From contig JAETSB010000005.1 in assembly GCA_021769865.1 (NCBI GenBank), positions 4,219-68,218 of the forward strand: 64,000 nt of DNA. Reading direction: 5' to 3'. The position numbers were made by a program, and so were the translations under genes. The notes beneath the pieces are model-generated. The model made no database searches. It was given only the letters and a program-made list of their open reading frames with translations, and was not told the DNA's origin. Below, one piece after another: positions 48,442-58,291 of the stretch (position 1 is the first letter of the stretch; each line of letters opens with the position of its first letter). The stretch comes from Oscillospiraceae bacterium (GTDB lineage: Bacteria; Bacillota; Clostridia; Oscillospirales; Oscillospiraceae).

Positions 48442-49687
48442 GGGGCTCCGGTTCTCGGCAAAGCAGCTGCGGGTTTTGACCTGGTGGAGGAATCCTCAAT
48501 GGGAGGCCGTGATCTGCGACGGGGCGGTGCGGAGCGGAAAGACCTTCGCCATGGGGCTGAGCTTCTTCCTGTGGGCTCAGGCGGAGTTTGACGGGAAACA
48601 GTTCGGCGTGTGCGGAAAGACCATCGCTTCGGTGCGGCGGAACCTGCTGGCGGAGCTGGGCCCCTATCTCCGGCGGCTGGGCATGGAAGTCCGGGAACGG
48701 CGGGGAGAAAACGCGCTGACGGTCCGGTTCCGGGGGCACGAGAACACCTTTTTGCTGTTCGGCGGGCGGGACGAGTCCAGCGCGGCGCTGATCCAGGGAA
48801 GCACCCTGGCGGGGGTGCTGCTGGACGAGGCGGCGCTGATGCCCCGGTCCTTCGTGGAGCAGGCCGTGGCCCGGTGCAGCGTGGCGGGCAGCCGTCTGTG
48901 GTTCAACTGCAACCCGGAGGGGCCCCAGCACTGGTTTTACCAGGAGTGGATTTTGAAGGCGGAGGAACGGCGGGCCCTGCGGCTCCATTTTACCATGGAG
49001 GACAACCCGGCGCTTTCGGAGCGAATCCGGGAGCGGTACCGGCGGAATTACTCCGGGGCCTTCTACCGGCGGTTCGTGCTGGGGGAGTGGACGGCGGCGG
49101 AAGGGCTGGTGTACGACTTCTTCGATCCAAGGCGGGACGCGGCGGAGGTTCCGGAGGACGGGTTCTCCGCCTGGCGGATCTCCGCTGACTACGGAACGGT
49201 GAATCCGGCCTCCTTCGGGCTGTGGGGGCTCCGAGAGGGGGTCTGGTACCGGGTCCGGGAGTTTTACTACGACTCCAGGAAAATGGGGCGGCAGAGGACC
49301 GACGCGGAGTATGCGGAGGACCTGGAGCGGCTGGCGGAGGGACGGGAAATCCAGCGGGTCATCGTGGACCCGTCGGCGGCCAGCTTCATCGAGGTCCTGC
49401 GGCGGCGGGGCTTCCGGGTGGTCCGGGCGGACAACGATGTGGCGGACGGCGTCCGGGTGACGGCGGATCTGCTCCGGGAGGGGCGAATCGTCATTTGCAG
49501 AAGCTGTGAGGACTGCCTGCGGGAGATCGCCCAGTACTGCTGGGAACAGCGGGGAGAGCGGGACGCGCCCCGGAAAAAGGACGACCACGCTATGGACGAC
49601 CTGCGGTATTTCGCCATGGACCTGGCGGGGGACCGGGAGGAGGACGGCTTTCTGGCCCTGGCCGTGGAGCGGGAAGATGTTTTTTGA
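48431..49687 (+). CDS. PBSX-family terminase large subunit
   Basis: Walker A DGAVRSGKT, Walker B LLDE, NCNP, nuclease DYGTVNP, VDPSA, DDHAMDDLRY. Confidence 0.92.
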   Translation: MAGRGLRFSAKQLRVLTWWRNPQWEAVICDGAVRSGKTFAMGLSFFLWAQAEFDGKQFGVCGKTIASVRRNLLAELGPYLRRLGMEVRERRGENALTVRFRGHENTFLLFGGRDESSAALIQGSTLAGVLLDEAALMPRSFVEQAVARCSVAGSRLWFNCNPEGPQHWFYQEWILKAEERRALRLHFTMEDNPALSERIRERYRRNYSGAFYRRFVLGEWTAAEGLVYDFFDPRRDAAEVPEDGFSAWRISADYGTVNPASFGLWGLREGVWYRVREFYYDSRKMGRQRTDAEYAEDLERLAEGREIQRVIVDPSAASFIEVLRRRGFRVVRADNDVADGVRVTADLLREGRIVICRSCEDCLREIAQYCWEQRGERDAPRKKDDHAMDDLRYFAMDLAGDREEDGFLALAVEREDVF

Positions 49688-49701
49688 GAGGAGATGGGAC
49701 C

Positions 49702-50847
49702 TTGAAGTGGCTGAGGAAGAGAGAGGCGGCGGAACCCCGGCCGGAGGCGGTGCAGCTGCGGAACTGGGAGAAGCACCCCTTCAGGATGCTGGGGGAGTAT
49801 GTGCCCCTGCGGAACGGGGAGACCCGGCTCTACCGGGCGGTGCGGGAGGCGGTGCCGGTAGTGGACGCGGCGATTTACAAGCTCATCCGCATGGCGGGGG
49901 GCGTGACGGTCTCCTGTGAGGACAAACGGGCGGAACGGGAGCTGGGGGAGTTTCTGCGGACGGTCCCCATCGGGCGGGGACAGCACGGGCTGAACGCCTT
50001 TTTGGACAGCTATCTGGATTCCCTGCTGACCTGCGGAAGGGCGGTGGGGGAGATTGTCCCCGCCGCCGGGAACCGGTCCATTGCCGCTCTGCTGTGCGGG
50101 CGGGTGGAGGACATCGAGATCCGGGAGGGGGAGAATCCTCTGACCTTCTCCGTCTGGGGGCCGGACGAGAGCGGGCGGATGGCGGCGCTGCCCTATCAGG
50201 ACTTGATTCTCTTTACGCCGCTGAACCCGGAGGCGGAGAACCCCTATGGGGTGTCCCTGCTGCGGTCGCTGCCCTTTCTGGCGGACATTTTGATGAAGAT
50301 TTACCACACCGTCGGGGTGAACTGGGAGCGGTGCGGGAACCTCCGCTTCGCCGTCACCTGCCAGGGCGGCGAGGGGGCCGCGGAGCGGGGGAAGCTGCTG
50401 GCCGGGGAGTGGTCCCGGGCCATGCGGGAGACCCGGGGCGGCAGCGTGCGGGACTTCGTGGCGGCGGGGGATGTGGACATCCGGGTTATCGGCGCCGACG
50501 CAACCGTGCTGGACAGCCAGGTGCCCGTGCGGCAGATTTTGGAGCAGATCGTGGCGAAAACCGGCATCCCGCCCTTCATGCTGGGGCTCAGCTGGAACTC
50601 CACCGAGCGGATGAGCTCCCAGCAGGCGGACATGCTCACCACCGAGGTCACCGCCCTGAGGCGGACCCTGACGCCGGCGGTGGAACGGGTCTGCCGGCTG
50701 TGGCTCAGGATGCGGGGCTATGCCTGCGGGTTCCAGGTGGTGTGGGACGACATCAACCTCCAGGACCAGGTGGAGGAGGCCCGGGCGGAACTCTACCGGG
50801 AACAGGCCCGGAAGCTGCGGATTGAAAACGACGCCGCGGAGGCGTGA
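49702..50847 (+). CDS. Portal protein
   Basis: Position after terL; PYGVSLLR and TGIPPFMLG motifs; TTG start with GAGGAG RBS. Confidence 0.8.
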   Translation: MKWLRKREAAEPRPEAVQLRNWEKHPFRMLGEYVPLRNGETRLYRAVREAVPVVDAAIYKLIRMAGGVTVSCEDKRAERELGEFLRTVPIGRGQHGLNAFLDSYLDSLLTCGRAVGEIVPAAGNRSIAALLCGRVEDIEIREGENPLTFSVWGPDESGRMAALPYQDLILFTPLNPEAENPYGVSLLRSLPFLADILMKIYHTVGVNWERCGNLRFAVTCQGGEGAAERGKLLAGEWSRAMRETRGGSVRDFVAAGDVDIRVIGADATVLDSQVPVRQILEQIVAKTGIPPFMLGLSWNSTERMSSQQADMLTTEVTALRRTLTPAVERVCRLWLRMRGYACGFQVVWDDINLQDQVEEARAELYREQARKLRIENDAAEA

Positions 50848-50865
50848 GACTTGGGAGGAACGAGT

Positions 50866-51729
50866 ATGGAGGACTGGAAGGGATTGGCCGTCACGGCGGA
50901 GGATTTGGCGCTGATCAACGGCCTGGCCAAGGCCGAGCTGACGGCAGAGCAGGTGTATGTGTTCGCCCTGCGGCTGTGCGACAACGAGGTGGACCGGGAC
51001 TTTGAACGCTTCGACAACGAGGCGCTGGAGCGGCTGGGCGAGCTGCTGGCGGGGAAGAGCGGCATCTTCGACCACCAGTGGAGCGCCCGGGGACAGACGG
51101 CCCGGATTTACAAGACGGAGGTGATCCGGGAGCCGGCGGTCCGCACCCAGGCGGGGGATGAGTACCGCTGGCTGAAGGGCTGGGCCTATCTCCTGCGGAC
51201 GGAGAAAAACGAGGACCTCATCGCGGAGATCGAGGGCGGCATCAAGAAGGAGGTCAGCGTCGGGTGCAGCGCCGGACGGAGCGTGTGCTCCATCTGCGGG
51301 GCGGAGAACGGGGACTGCGGCCACGTGCCGGGGCAGGAGTACGACGGGGCGCTGTGCTTCCGGGAATTGCGGGATATTACGGACGCCTATGAGTGGTCCT
51401 TCGTGGCGGTGCCCGCCCAGAGGGCGGCGGGGGTGCTGAAGCGCTTCGGACAGGAGCGGGAGGGGGACCGGACCCTCCGCAGGGAGGCGGAGCTGGGGCG
51501 GAAGTACCTCAAGGAGCTGCGGCGGGAGGTGGTCCGCCTGGCCATGCTGGCGGACGACGGGCTGGACGGCGGCATCTTCGCCAAGGCGGCGGAACGGCTG
51601 GAGGAGCCGGAGCTGCTGGAGCTGCGCCGGACCTATGAAGCCCGGGCGGCGAAACGCTTCCCCGCCCCGGTGCAGCTGCGGAAAAGGGACGCCGGAAGGG
51701 CGGAGGACGCGGAGGCGTTCCGGGTTTGA
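50866..51729 (+). CDS. Prohead protease-like protein
   Basis: VDRDFERF, DHQW, EVSVG, CSICG..CGH insert, YEWSFVAVPAQ (E-x-S-x-V-x-x-P-A motif). Confidence 0.7.
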   Translation: MEDWKGLAVTAEDLALINGLAKAELTAEQVYVFALRLCDNEVDRDFERFDNEALERLGELLAGKSGIFDHQWSARGQTARIYKTEVIREPAVRTQAGDEYRWLKGWAYLLRTEKNEDLIAEIEGGIKKEVSVGCSAGRSVCSICGAENGDCGHVPGQEYDGALCFRELRDITDAYEWSFVAVPAQRAAGVLKRFGQEREGDRTLRREAELGRKYLKELRREVVRLAMLADDGLDGGIFAKAAERLEEPELLELRRTYEARAAKRFPAPVQLRKRDAGRAEDAEAFRV

Positions 51730-51784
51730 GAACGGACTGCGGGGCGAAGGCCCTGTGCCGGATATACAGAAGGAGGAAAGAGGC

Positions 51785-52855
51785 ATGAGCTATCATTTTG
51801 AAAACGTGCGGCTGGAGAAGGGGATGTACGGCCGCAGCGGGACCAGCTTCACCAGGACCCTGGAGGAGCTGGACCCCAGCGAGCGCTACCGGGGCACTCC
51901 CATGGAGGGCCTGGACGCCTTCCAGCGGCAGCTGAAGCGTTTTGACATCCACGTCAAGGGCGCGGACAGCGACCCCGTGGAAAAGTTCTTCCACACCACC
52001 GAGTCCTCGGTGCTGTTCCCGGAGTTCGTCTCCCGGGTGGTGCGCCAGGGGCTGGAGGAGGGCGGCATCCTGCCGGACATCACCGCCACGGTGACGAAGT
52101 TCGACGGGATGGACTACCGCTCCATCGCCTCCGTGCCCACGGAGGACGAGAAGAAGCTGGTACAGGTGGAGGAGGGCGCGGCCATCCCCGAGACCTCCGT
52201 CCACACCCAGGAGAACCTGGTGAAACTCCAGAAGCGGGGGCGGATGCTGGTGGCCTCCTATGAGGCCATCCGCTTCCAGCGGCTGGACCTGTTCTCCGTC
52301 ACCCTGCGGCAGATTGGGGCCTACATCGGGAAGATGCACCTCCAGGACGCCATCAAGGTGCTTCAGGAGGGAGACGGCAACAAGAACCCGGCGGAGGTGG
52401 TGAACCACAGCGGCGAGCTCACCTACGACGCGCTGCTGGAGTTCTGGAACAAGTTCGATCCCTACACCATGAACACCCTGCTGATGGGGGGCGACACCAT
52501 GCTGAAGCTGCTGAAGCTCAAGGAGTTCCAGAACCCCCTGACGGGGCTGAACTTCCAGGGCACGGGTACCCTGTCCACGCCTCTGGGGGCAAAGCTGCTG
52601 AGAACGAACGCCATGCCCGCCGGGACCATCATCGGCCTGGACAAGAACTACGCCCTGGAGCAGGTGATCGGCGGCGAGGTGACGGTGGAGTACGACAAGC
52701 TTATCGACCGCCAGCTGGAGCGGGCCGCCATCACCTCCATCTCCGGCTTCGCCAAGCTGTTCGCCGACGCGTCCAAGGTGCTGAAGATTAGCGCCGCCGG
52801 CGGCTCCGGCGGAACCTCCGGCGAATCCTCCGGCGGCACTCAGACCCAGGGCTGA
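51785..52855 (+). CDS. Major capsid protein
   Basis: Position; VEEGAAIP..KRGRMLVASYEAI resembles HK97-fold capsids; strong AAGGAGG RBS. Confidence 0.8.
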   Translation: MSYHFENVRLEKGMYGRSGTSFTRTLEELDPSERYRGTPMEGLDAFQRQLKRFDIHVKGADSDPVEKFFHTTESSVLFPEFVSRVVRQGLEEGGILPDITATVTKFDGMDYRSIASVPTEDEKKLVQVEEGAAIPETSVHTQENLVKLQKRGRMLVASYEAIRFQRLDLFSVTLRQIGAYIGKMHLQDAIKVLQEGDGNKNPAEVVNHSGELTYDALLEFWNKFDPYTMNTLLMGGDTMLKLLKLKEFQNPLTGLNFQGTGTLSTPLGAKLLRTNAMPAGTIIGLDKNYALEQVIGGEVTVEYDKLIDRQLERAAITSISGFAKLFADASKVLKISAAGGSGGTSGESSGGTQTQG

Positions 52856-52866
52856 GCAGTGCGGCC

Positions 52867-53226
52867 GTGAGCGAGCGGATTTTAAAGCTGGCCCTGGAAT
52901 TGACCGGGGGCGGCGAGGGGGACCGGATGCTTCTGGCGGCCCTTTGCGCCGTGGCGGAGGACGCCTGGCTGGCCCGCCTCCGGGAGGGCGTGACGGCGGA
53001 GGACTGCGGCGAGGCCCTGCCCTGCGCCGCCGCCTTCACGGCGGCGGCGGATCTGGCGGCGGGCGGGGACGGCGTGGACTCCTTCTCCGCCGGGGACATT
53101 TCCGTGCGGCTGGAGAGCGGCGGCGAACGGGCCGGACGGGCGGAGAGCCTCCGGCAGGCGGCGGAACGGCTGATGGAGCCATTTGTCCGGGCGGAGGGGC
53201 TTTGGGCCCAGGGGGTGGAAGGATGA
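52867..53226 (+). CDS. Head-tail adaptor-like protein
   Basis: Size and position; DSFSAGDISV motif. Confidence 0.6.
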   Translation: MSERILKLALELTGGGEGDRMLLAALCAVAEDAWLARLREGVTAEDCGEALPCAAAFTAAADLAAGGDGVDSFSAGDISVRLESGGERAGRAESLRQAAERLMEPFVRAEGLWAQGVEG

Positions 53227-53537
53227 CCCGCTGGGTGGAACGGATCCTGGCCCGGTACGGGCAGGAGGTCACCGTGGAGCGGGAGGGGACGGCGGAGGCC
53301 GTCCGGGCCTTTCTCCAGCCGGTGACGGAACGAAGCGAGGACGGGCCGGAGCCCTCGGCCATCGGACAGCTGGACGGGCGGCTGTGGCTGTACCTGGGAC
53401 GGACGGCCCTGGAGGCCGGGGACGCGGTTTGTTGGGACGGACGGCGGTTCCGGGTGCGGAGCGGACGGCCCCACTATATCGGCGGGCGGCTCAGTCACTG
53501 GCGGGCCGTGCTGGAACGGGCGAGGGAGGCGGAATGA
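53223..53537 (+). CDS. Head-closure-like protein
   Basis: ATGA overlap; YGQEVTV..AFLQP..GDAVCWDGRRFRV beta-barrel pattern. Confidence 0.55.
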   Translation: MTRWVERILARYGQEVTVEREGTAEAVRAFLQPVTERSEDGPEPSAIGQLDGRLWLYLGRTALEAGDAVCWDGRRFRVRSGRPHYIGGRLSHWRAVLERAREAE

Positions 53538-54037
53538 AGGAACTGAGACAGGTCCGGGACGCGGTGATCGCCGCCCTCCGGGCCGAAGGGCTGGCGGCGG
53601 AGGCCGCCTTTCCCGGCAAGTGGGCGAAGGAGCGGAAAACGCCGCTGGCCACGGTGGCCGTGGGGGCGGCGGAGGGCCGGGCCCTGGGCTTCTGCGGATA
53701 CCTGGGGGAGACCCGGGGGAAGGACGGCGAGGCCCGGGAGGTCTATGGCAAGCGGCTGGAGGGCGTCATCACCGTGGACGTCCGGGCCGAGCGGGCCGCG
53801 GACTGCGAGGAGGGCGGCGAAACCGCGGCGGCGGCGCTGCTGGGGAAGCTGCCGGAGGGCATTCGGCCCGGGGAGCTGAGCTGGGAGGCCCTGGTATGGG
53901 AAAAGCAGACGGGGCTGTTTCTCCGGCGGGGAAAACTCCGGTGCGAGGCGCTGTTTCTGGCGGAGGCCGGGAACGAGGAGCCGGAGTTCCTGGATTTTAT
54001 GTTGAAAGGGGTTTTGCGAAGTGAGCAATCTGCATGA
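53534..54037 (+). CDS. Tail terminator-like protein
   Basis: ATGA overlap; position just before the sheath gene. Confidence 0.5.
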   Translation: MKELRQVRDAVIAALRAEGLAAEAAFPGKWAKERKTPLATVAVGAAEGRALGFCGYLGETRGKDGEAREVYGKRLEGVITVDVRAERAADCEEGGETAAAALLGKLPEGIRPGELSWEALVWEKQTGLFLRRGKLRCEALFLAEAGNEEPEFLDFMLKGVLRSEQSA

Positions 54038-55079
54038 GCGGCCGGGGGTCTACTCGGTCTATGACACGTCCTCGGTGGTGTCCGGGGGACGGGCCGTCCG
54101 GACCATCGGCGTGGCGGCCAAGGCGGCCAAGGGCACCGTGGATAAGCCGGTGATGGTGACGGGCTGGGCCGCCGGAGTCTCTGCCTTCGGGGAAGACCAA
54201 ACGGCGGGGATGAGCACCCTTCTGCGGCTGCTGTTTGAAAACGGCGCGTCCGCCGTGACGGCGGTCCGGGTGGCGGATACCGGCACGACGGAGGACTATG
54301 CCCGGGCCTTTGCCGTCCTGGGAACGGAGGACGTGCAGGTCCTGGTCTGCGACAGCGGCGAGGAGGCGGTGCAGAAGGCCCTGCGCTCCGCCGTGGAGGA
54401 GGCCTCCGGCCTCCGGCATGAGCGCATCGCCGTGGTGGGCTGCGGGTCGGCGGAGGTTTCGGACCTGGTGGAACGGGCGGCGGAACTGAACAGCGAGCGG
54501 GTGGTCCTGGTGGGGCCCGACGCCCTGGACAGCGCGGGGAAGCCCTTGTCCGGCGTCTTCGCCGCGGCGGCGGTGGCGGCCCTGGCGGCTTCCGCCGCCG
54601 ACCCGGCGGTGCCGCTGAACGGGGCGGCTGTCAAAGGTTTGACGGGCCTCAGTGAGGAGTACGGCGACAACGACATCGACCTGCTGGTCCGGGGCGGCGT
54701 GACGCCCCTGGAGTGCGTGGGGGGCGTGGTGTCCCCGGTGCGGGGCATCACCACCCGGACCAAGACCGGCGGCGCGGCGGACGCCACGTGGCGGGAGCTG
54801 ACCACCATTTTGATTGTGGACGACGTGATTCCGTCGGTGCGGTCCGCCCTGCGGAGCCGGTTCTCCCGCAGCAAGAACAACGCCCGAAACCGGGCGGCCA
54901 TCCGGTCTCAGGTCATCGTGGAGCTGGAGAAGAAGCTGGCGGCGGAGATCATCGACGGCTATGACGACGTGACCGTCACCGCCTCTCCCGACGACCCCAC
55001 CGTGTGTTTGGTGGAGTTCGGCTTCGCCGTGGCCCACGGGCTGAACCAGGTGCGGCTGACGGTCCACATTGAGATTTAA
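54021..55079 (+). CDS. Contractile tail sheath protein
   Basis: HERPGVYS start; DPAVPLNG, GGVTPL, VRGITT, IVDDVI; C-terminal beta strand. Confidence 0.85.
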   Translation: MSNLHERPGVYSVYDTSSVVSGGRAVRTIGVAAKAAKGTVDKPVMVTGWAAGVSAFGEDQTAGMSTLLRLLFENGASAVTAVRVADTGTTEDYARAFAVLGTEDVQVLVCDSGEEAVQKALRSAVEEASGLRHERIAVVGCGSAEVSDLVERAAELNSERVVLVGPDALDSAGKPLSGVFAAAAVAALAASAADPAVPLNGAAVKGLTGLSEEYGDNDIDLLVRGGVTPLECVGGVVSPVRGITTRTKTGGAADATWRELTTILIVDDVIPSVRSALRSRFSRSKNNARNRAAIRSQVIVELEKKLAAEIIDGYDDVTVTASPDDPTVCLVEFGFAVAHGLNQVRLTVHIEI

Positions 55080-55088
55080 GAAAGGGGC

Positions 55089-55481
55089 GTGAAGAGCATG
55101 ACGGGATTTCCCACCAGCGCCGACATCTATCTGGAGATGGACGGCAAAAAGGTGGCGGTGGTACAGAGCTACACCGCCAAGGCGACGAAAACCTCCCAGA
55201 GCGTGGAGGCCTTCGGCGAGAGCGAGCCGGTGGCCACCATCGAGGGGCAGAAGCGCTACACCCTGGAGCTGACCAGGCTCTACGCCACGGACAACGCCGT
55301 GTCCGACGGGATCAACTTCTACGACATGGCGAACTTCTCCCTGGTGATCTGCAAGCCGGACCGGCGGGTCATCTACAGCGACTGCCAGTGGAGCGGCATC
55401 GAGGAGGACGGAAAGCTCAACGCCATGGTGGCGGAGAAGGTCACCGTGGTGGCGGCCAAGCGGATCGAGACCTCCGCATGA
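55089..55481 (+). CDS. Tail tube protein (probable)
   Basis: 130-aa beta-rich ORF immediately after the sheath gene. Confidence 0.65.
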   Translation: MKSMTGFPTSADIYLEMDGKKVAVVQSYTAKATKTSQSVEAFGESEPVATIEGQKRYTLELTRLYATDNAVSDGINFYDMANFSLVICKPDRRVIYSDCQWSGIEEDGKLNAMVAEKVTVVAAKRIETSA

Positions 55482-55789
55482 GGGACGTCGACGAGCTGCG
55501 GCCCCTGACGGCCGGGCGGCTGCTGGAGCTGTGGCAGGCGTGCCGGGGAGTGGAGGACCCGCTGGAGCGGGTGCTGCTGTGCAACGGGCGGATTCTGTCC
55601 GAGTGCTGTTTCTCTCAGGGGGAACGGGTCTACGGGGACGAGAGGGAGGTCCTGGCGGACCTGACGGGGCGGCAGATGGAGCGGCTGCTCCGGCGGCTGG
55701 GGTCGGACGGCGGGGACCGCCGCCCCCGGGCGGAGACGGTGAACCCGGAATTTGACGCGGCGCGGTTCGCCGCGCTGTGGAGGGAGTGA
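55478..55789 (+). CDS. Tail assembly chaperone-like protein
   Basis: ATGA overlap; LRPLTAG start; position after the tube gene. Confidence 0.5.
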   Translation: MRDVDELRPLTAGRLLELWQACRGVEDPLERVLLCNGRILSECCFSQGERVYGDEREVLADLTGRQMERLLRRLGSDGGDRRPRAETVNPEFDAARFAALWRE

Positions 55790-55794
55790 AACAC

Positions 55795-56691
55795 GTGGAC
55801 TATTTGGGCTGGGAGCTGGAGCGGCAGCGGGCGGCGCTGCGGGCGCTGCTGGGAGGCGGGGAGACGGAGGAGGGGGAAGCCTTCTCCGGGGAGGAGCCTT
55901 CTGACTGGGGCGGGCCGTCCGGTTGGGATGGAAGCGTCTCCGCGGAGGGAACGCGGCGGAGTCCGGAAGGCCTTGGGAAGGCGCGGGGGCGCGGCTCAGG
56001 GCGGACCGGGCGATACGCCGCAGGGCGCGGAGAGGCCGGGGGGCCCCTGATTGGGGCCCCTGGGGCCTGGGAAATGGTCCGGGAGGCGGATCGAGCCGCT
56101 TTGGCAAAGGGATTGGACGGCCCGCCGGTAAGCGCGGAGCTCCAAAGTGGAGAGGCGGGCTCCCCGGCCCGGGGACGGCGGAGTAGGGGGACAGGCGCCC
56201 GGCCGTTTTCCCGGCGGTATGCCCCGGAGGAGATGCGGAGAACGTCCCGGATTGGGACAGGCGGGACGGCGGAACTCCGAGGGTTCTCCGGCGGGCAGAG
56301 GGACTATGAGGAGGAATGGGAGACGGCGGACGGGACCGGAGCGGAAGCGGCGGTTGAAACCGCCGGGGGGAGACGCGCCGGAGATGTGTTTGCCGAGAGG
56401 GGCCCCGCCCTGGAAGCGGGCGGGGCTCCGTCTCCCGGGGGGAGCTCCGGCGGAGGGGGGGCCGCTGGAGATGCTCCCACCCCTATGAGCCGGGACGGGG
56501 CGGGGATGGTCCGGCCCGTTCGAGACGGTCTGGCCGGGGCGGCGGGGCCGGGAGAACGGCTGTCCCGGACCCTCCCCTGGGGGGAGGGCTGGGAGAGCCC
56601 CGCCCTCCGGGCGGAGGACGGGGCGAAGGCCCTGTCCCGGGCGGTGCAGCGGGACGCCCGGCGGTATGACGGCGGGTTTACGATCTATTGA
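55795..56691 (+). CDS. Low-complexity protein at the tape-measure position
   Basis: 298 aa; helical ends with a G/A/E/R/P-rich interior. Confidence 0.5.
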   Translation: MDYLGWELERQRAALRALLGGGETEEGEAFSGEEPSDWGGPSGWDGSVSAEGTRRSPEGLGKARGRGSGRTGRYAAGRGEAGGPLIGAPGAWEMVREADRAALAKGLDGPPVSAELQSGEAGSPARGRRSRGTGARPFSRRYAPEEMRRTSRIGTGGTAELRGFSGGQRDYEEEWETADGTGAEAAVETAGGRRAGDVFAERGPALEAGGAPSPGGSSGGGGAAGDAPTPMSRDGAGMVRPVRDGLAGAAGPGERLSRTLPWGEGWESPALRAEDGAKALSRAVQRDARRYDGGFTIY

Positions 56692-56745
56692 CAGGGTTTC
56701 GCCGGGGAGGCTTCCCCGGCGGAGTCGTGAGAGGGGGGACGCGGC

Positions 56746-57333
56746 ATGCGGCTGACGCCGATGCGGTTTAAAGAGTTCACGTGGCCGCACAACCCGGAGG
56801 TGTACACGGTGGAGCGGCGGCGGCGGATTGCCGTCCACCAGGTCCCCTTCGGGCCGTGCGTGATGCAGGAGCTGGGAGGCTCCTACCGGGTGCTGAAGGG
56901 GGAGGGCGTCTTTGTGGGGGAGGACGCCTATGAGCGCTTCAAGGAGCTAGCGGGGGTCTTCCAGGAGGAGGGACCGGGGCTGCTGGTCCACCCGGTCTGG
57001 CCGGCGGAGCGGGCCTATTTCGCGGTGCTGGAGGCCGTGGAGGAGCCCAGGCCGGACTTTGTGCGCTACCGCTTCGAGTTCTGGGAGGACGCGGGCGGCT
57101 ACGACGGCGGATGGAAGGCGGTGGAGACCGGGAACGGCGGAGGAAGCTCCGGCGGCGGCGCGGCCCCGGGAAATGACGCCGGGAATCAGAGGGTCCACAC
57201 CGTGCGGAAGGGGGACACCCTCTGGGCTGTGGCGAAGCAGTACGGCGTGGAGCTGACGGCCCTGATCCGGGCCAATCCCCAGATCAAAAACCCGAATCTG
57301 ATCTATCCGGGAGAGGCGGTGAAGGTGCCGTGA
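56746..57333 (+). CDS. LysM-domain baseplate/tube-initiator protein (XkdP-like)
   Basis: HTVRKGDTLWAVAKQYG..NPQIKNPNLIYPG. Confidence 0.85.
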   Translation: MRLTPMRFKEFTWPHNPEVYTVERRRRIAVHQVPFGPCVMQELGGSYRVLKGEGVFVGEDAYERFKELAGVFQEEGPGLLVHPVWPAERAYFAVLEAVEEPRPDFVRYRFEFWEDAGGYDGGWKAVETGNGGGSSGGGAAPGNDAGNQRVHTVRKGDTLWAVAKQYGVELTALIRANPQIKNPNLIYPGEAVKVP

Positions 57334-58274
57334 CGGGAACGCTTTACACGGCGGATCACCGGATGTTCCAGCTGCCGCCGCTTTTGAGCTGGCGGGTCAC
57401 CCACACGGGAAGCGTGCCCTGCGACAGCTTTTCCGTCAGCTTCGTCTATCAGAAGGAGATGGCGGAGGTGCTGAAGCTGGCGGCGGGCTTCGCGGCGGAG
57501 GAGGACGGAACGGTAATGCTCCGGGCCATTGTGGACGAGTATACGGTGGACCTGGACGGGAACGGGCTGACGGCCACGGTCTCCGGCCGGGGCTACGCCG
57601 CGAGGCTTCTTGACAACGAGTCCCGGCCCGTTACCTACCAGCAGGCCACGCTGGCGGAGATTCTGGCAAACCACGCGGAGCCCTATGGCATTACCTGCGG
57701 GGAGACGGCGGAGGTCCGGGCGGAGTCCGTCTACACTGTGGCGGCGGGGACCAGCCAGTGGAAGGCGGTGGAGAGCTTCTGCCGGACCTATGGGGGCTTT
57801 GTCCCCCGGTTCAGCCGGGAGGGGGAGCTGCTGGCGGGGCCGGAGAAGGAGGGGCGGACCCTTTCCATCGGGGAGAAGACGGCGGTGCTCTCCTGCACCC
57901 TGCGGGAGGACCACTACGGCGTGCTGACGGAGGCGCTGGTCATCGACAAGACCCAGAACAAGGATTTCTCTGTGAAAAATCAGGAGATGATCGACAAGGG
58001 GGGCCAGTGCCGCCGGGTGCTCTACACGCCAGGACAGAGCACTTGGGCCGCCATGCGGTACACGGGTGAGTATCAGATCGCGCGGTCCAAGGAGGACGCC
58101 TGGACGGCGGAGGTGACGCTGCCGGGGAGCTTCCTGGCCTTCCCCGGGGACCGGGTATCCCTGTCCCTGGAGCGGATGGGCCTTTCCGGGACCTTCCGGG
58201 TGACGGAGGCGGAAAACCGCTTCGACGGCCGGAGCGGGGCCGTGGCGGTGCTGACGCTGAAGCCCTTGGAATAG
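57330..58274 (+). CDS. Baseplate hub protein (XkdQ / Mu gp44-like)
   Basis: CDSFSV, SGRGYAARLLDNE; position after the LysM gene. Confidence 0.7.
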   Translation: MTGTLYTADHRMFQLPPLLSWRVTHTGSVPCDSFSVSFVYQKEMAEVLKLAAGFAAEEDGTVMLRAIVDEYTVDLDGNGLTATVSGRGYAARLLDNESRPVTYQQATLAEILANHAEPYGITCGETAEVRAESVYTVAAGTSQWKAVESFCRTYGGFVPRFSREGELLAGPEKEGRTLSIGEKTAVLSCTLREDHYGVLTEALVIDKTQNKDFSVKNQEMIDKGGQCRRVLYTPGQSTWAAMRYTGEYQIARSKEDAWTAEVTLPGSFLAFPGDRVSLSLERMGLSGTFRVTEAENRFDGRSGAVAVLTLKPLE

Positions 58275-58291
58275 AGACAGGAGGAAGGGTT

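Noticed and set aside
42121-51786. Long opposite-strand ORFs (e.g. 42121-44847 +, 44447-46069 +, 49267-51786 -)
   Set aside because: They are shadow frames antisense to well-supported genes, expected in high-GC DNA; the same applies to most other overlapping ORFs in the track.
55478-55800. Programmed -1 frameshift in the tail chaperone gene
   Set aside because: No clear XXXYYYZ slippery heptamer was found near the end of the ORF.
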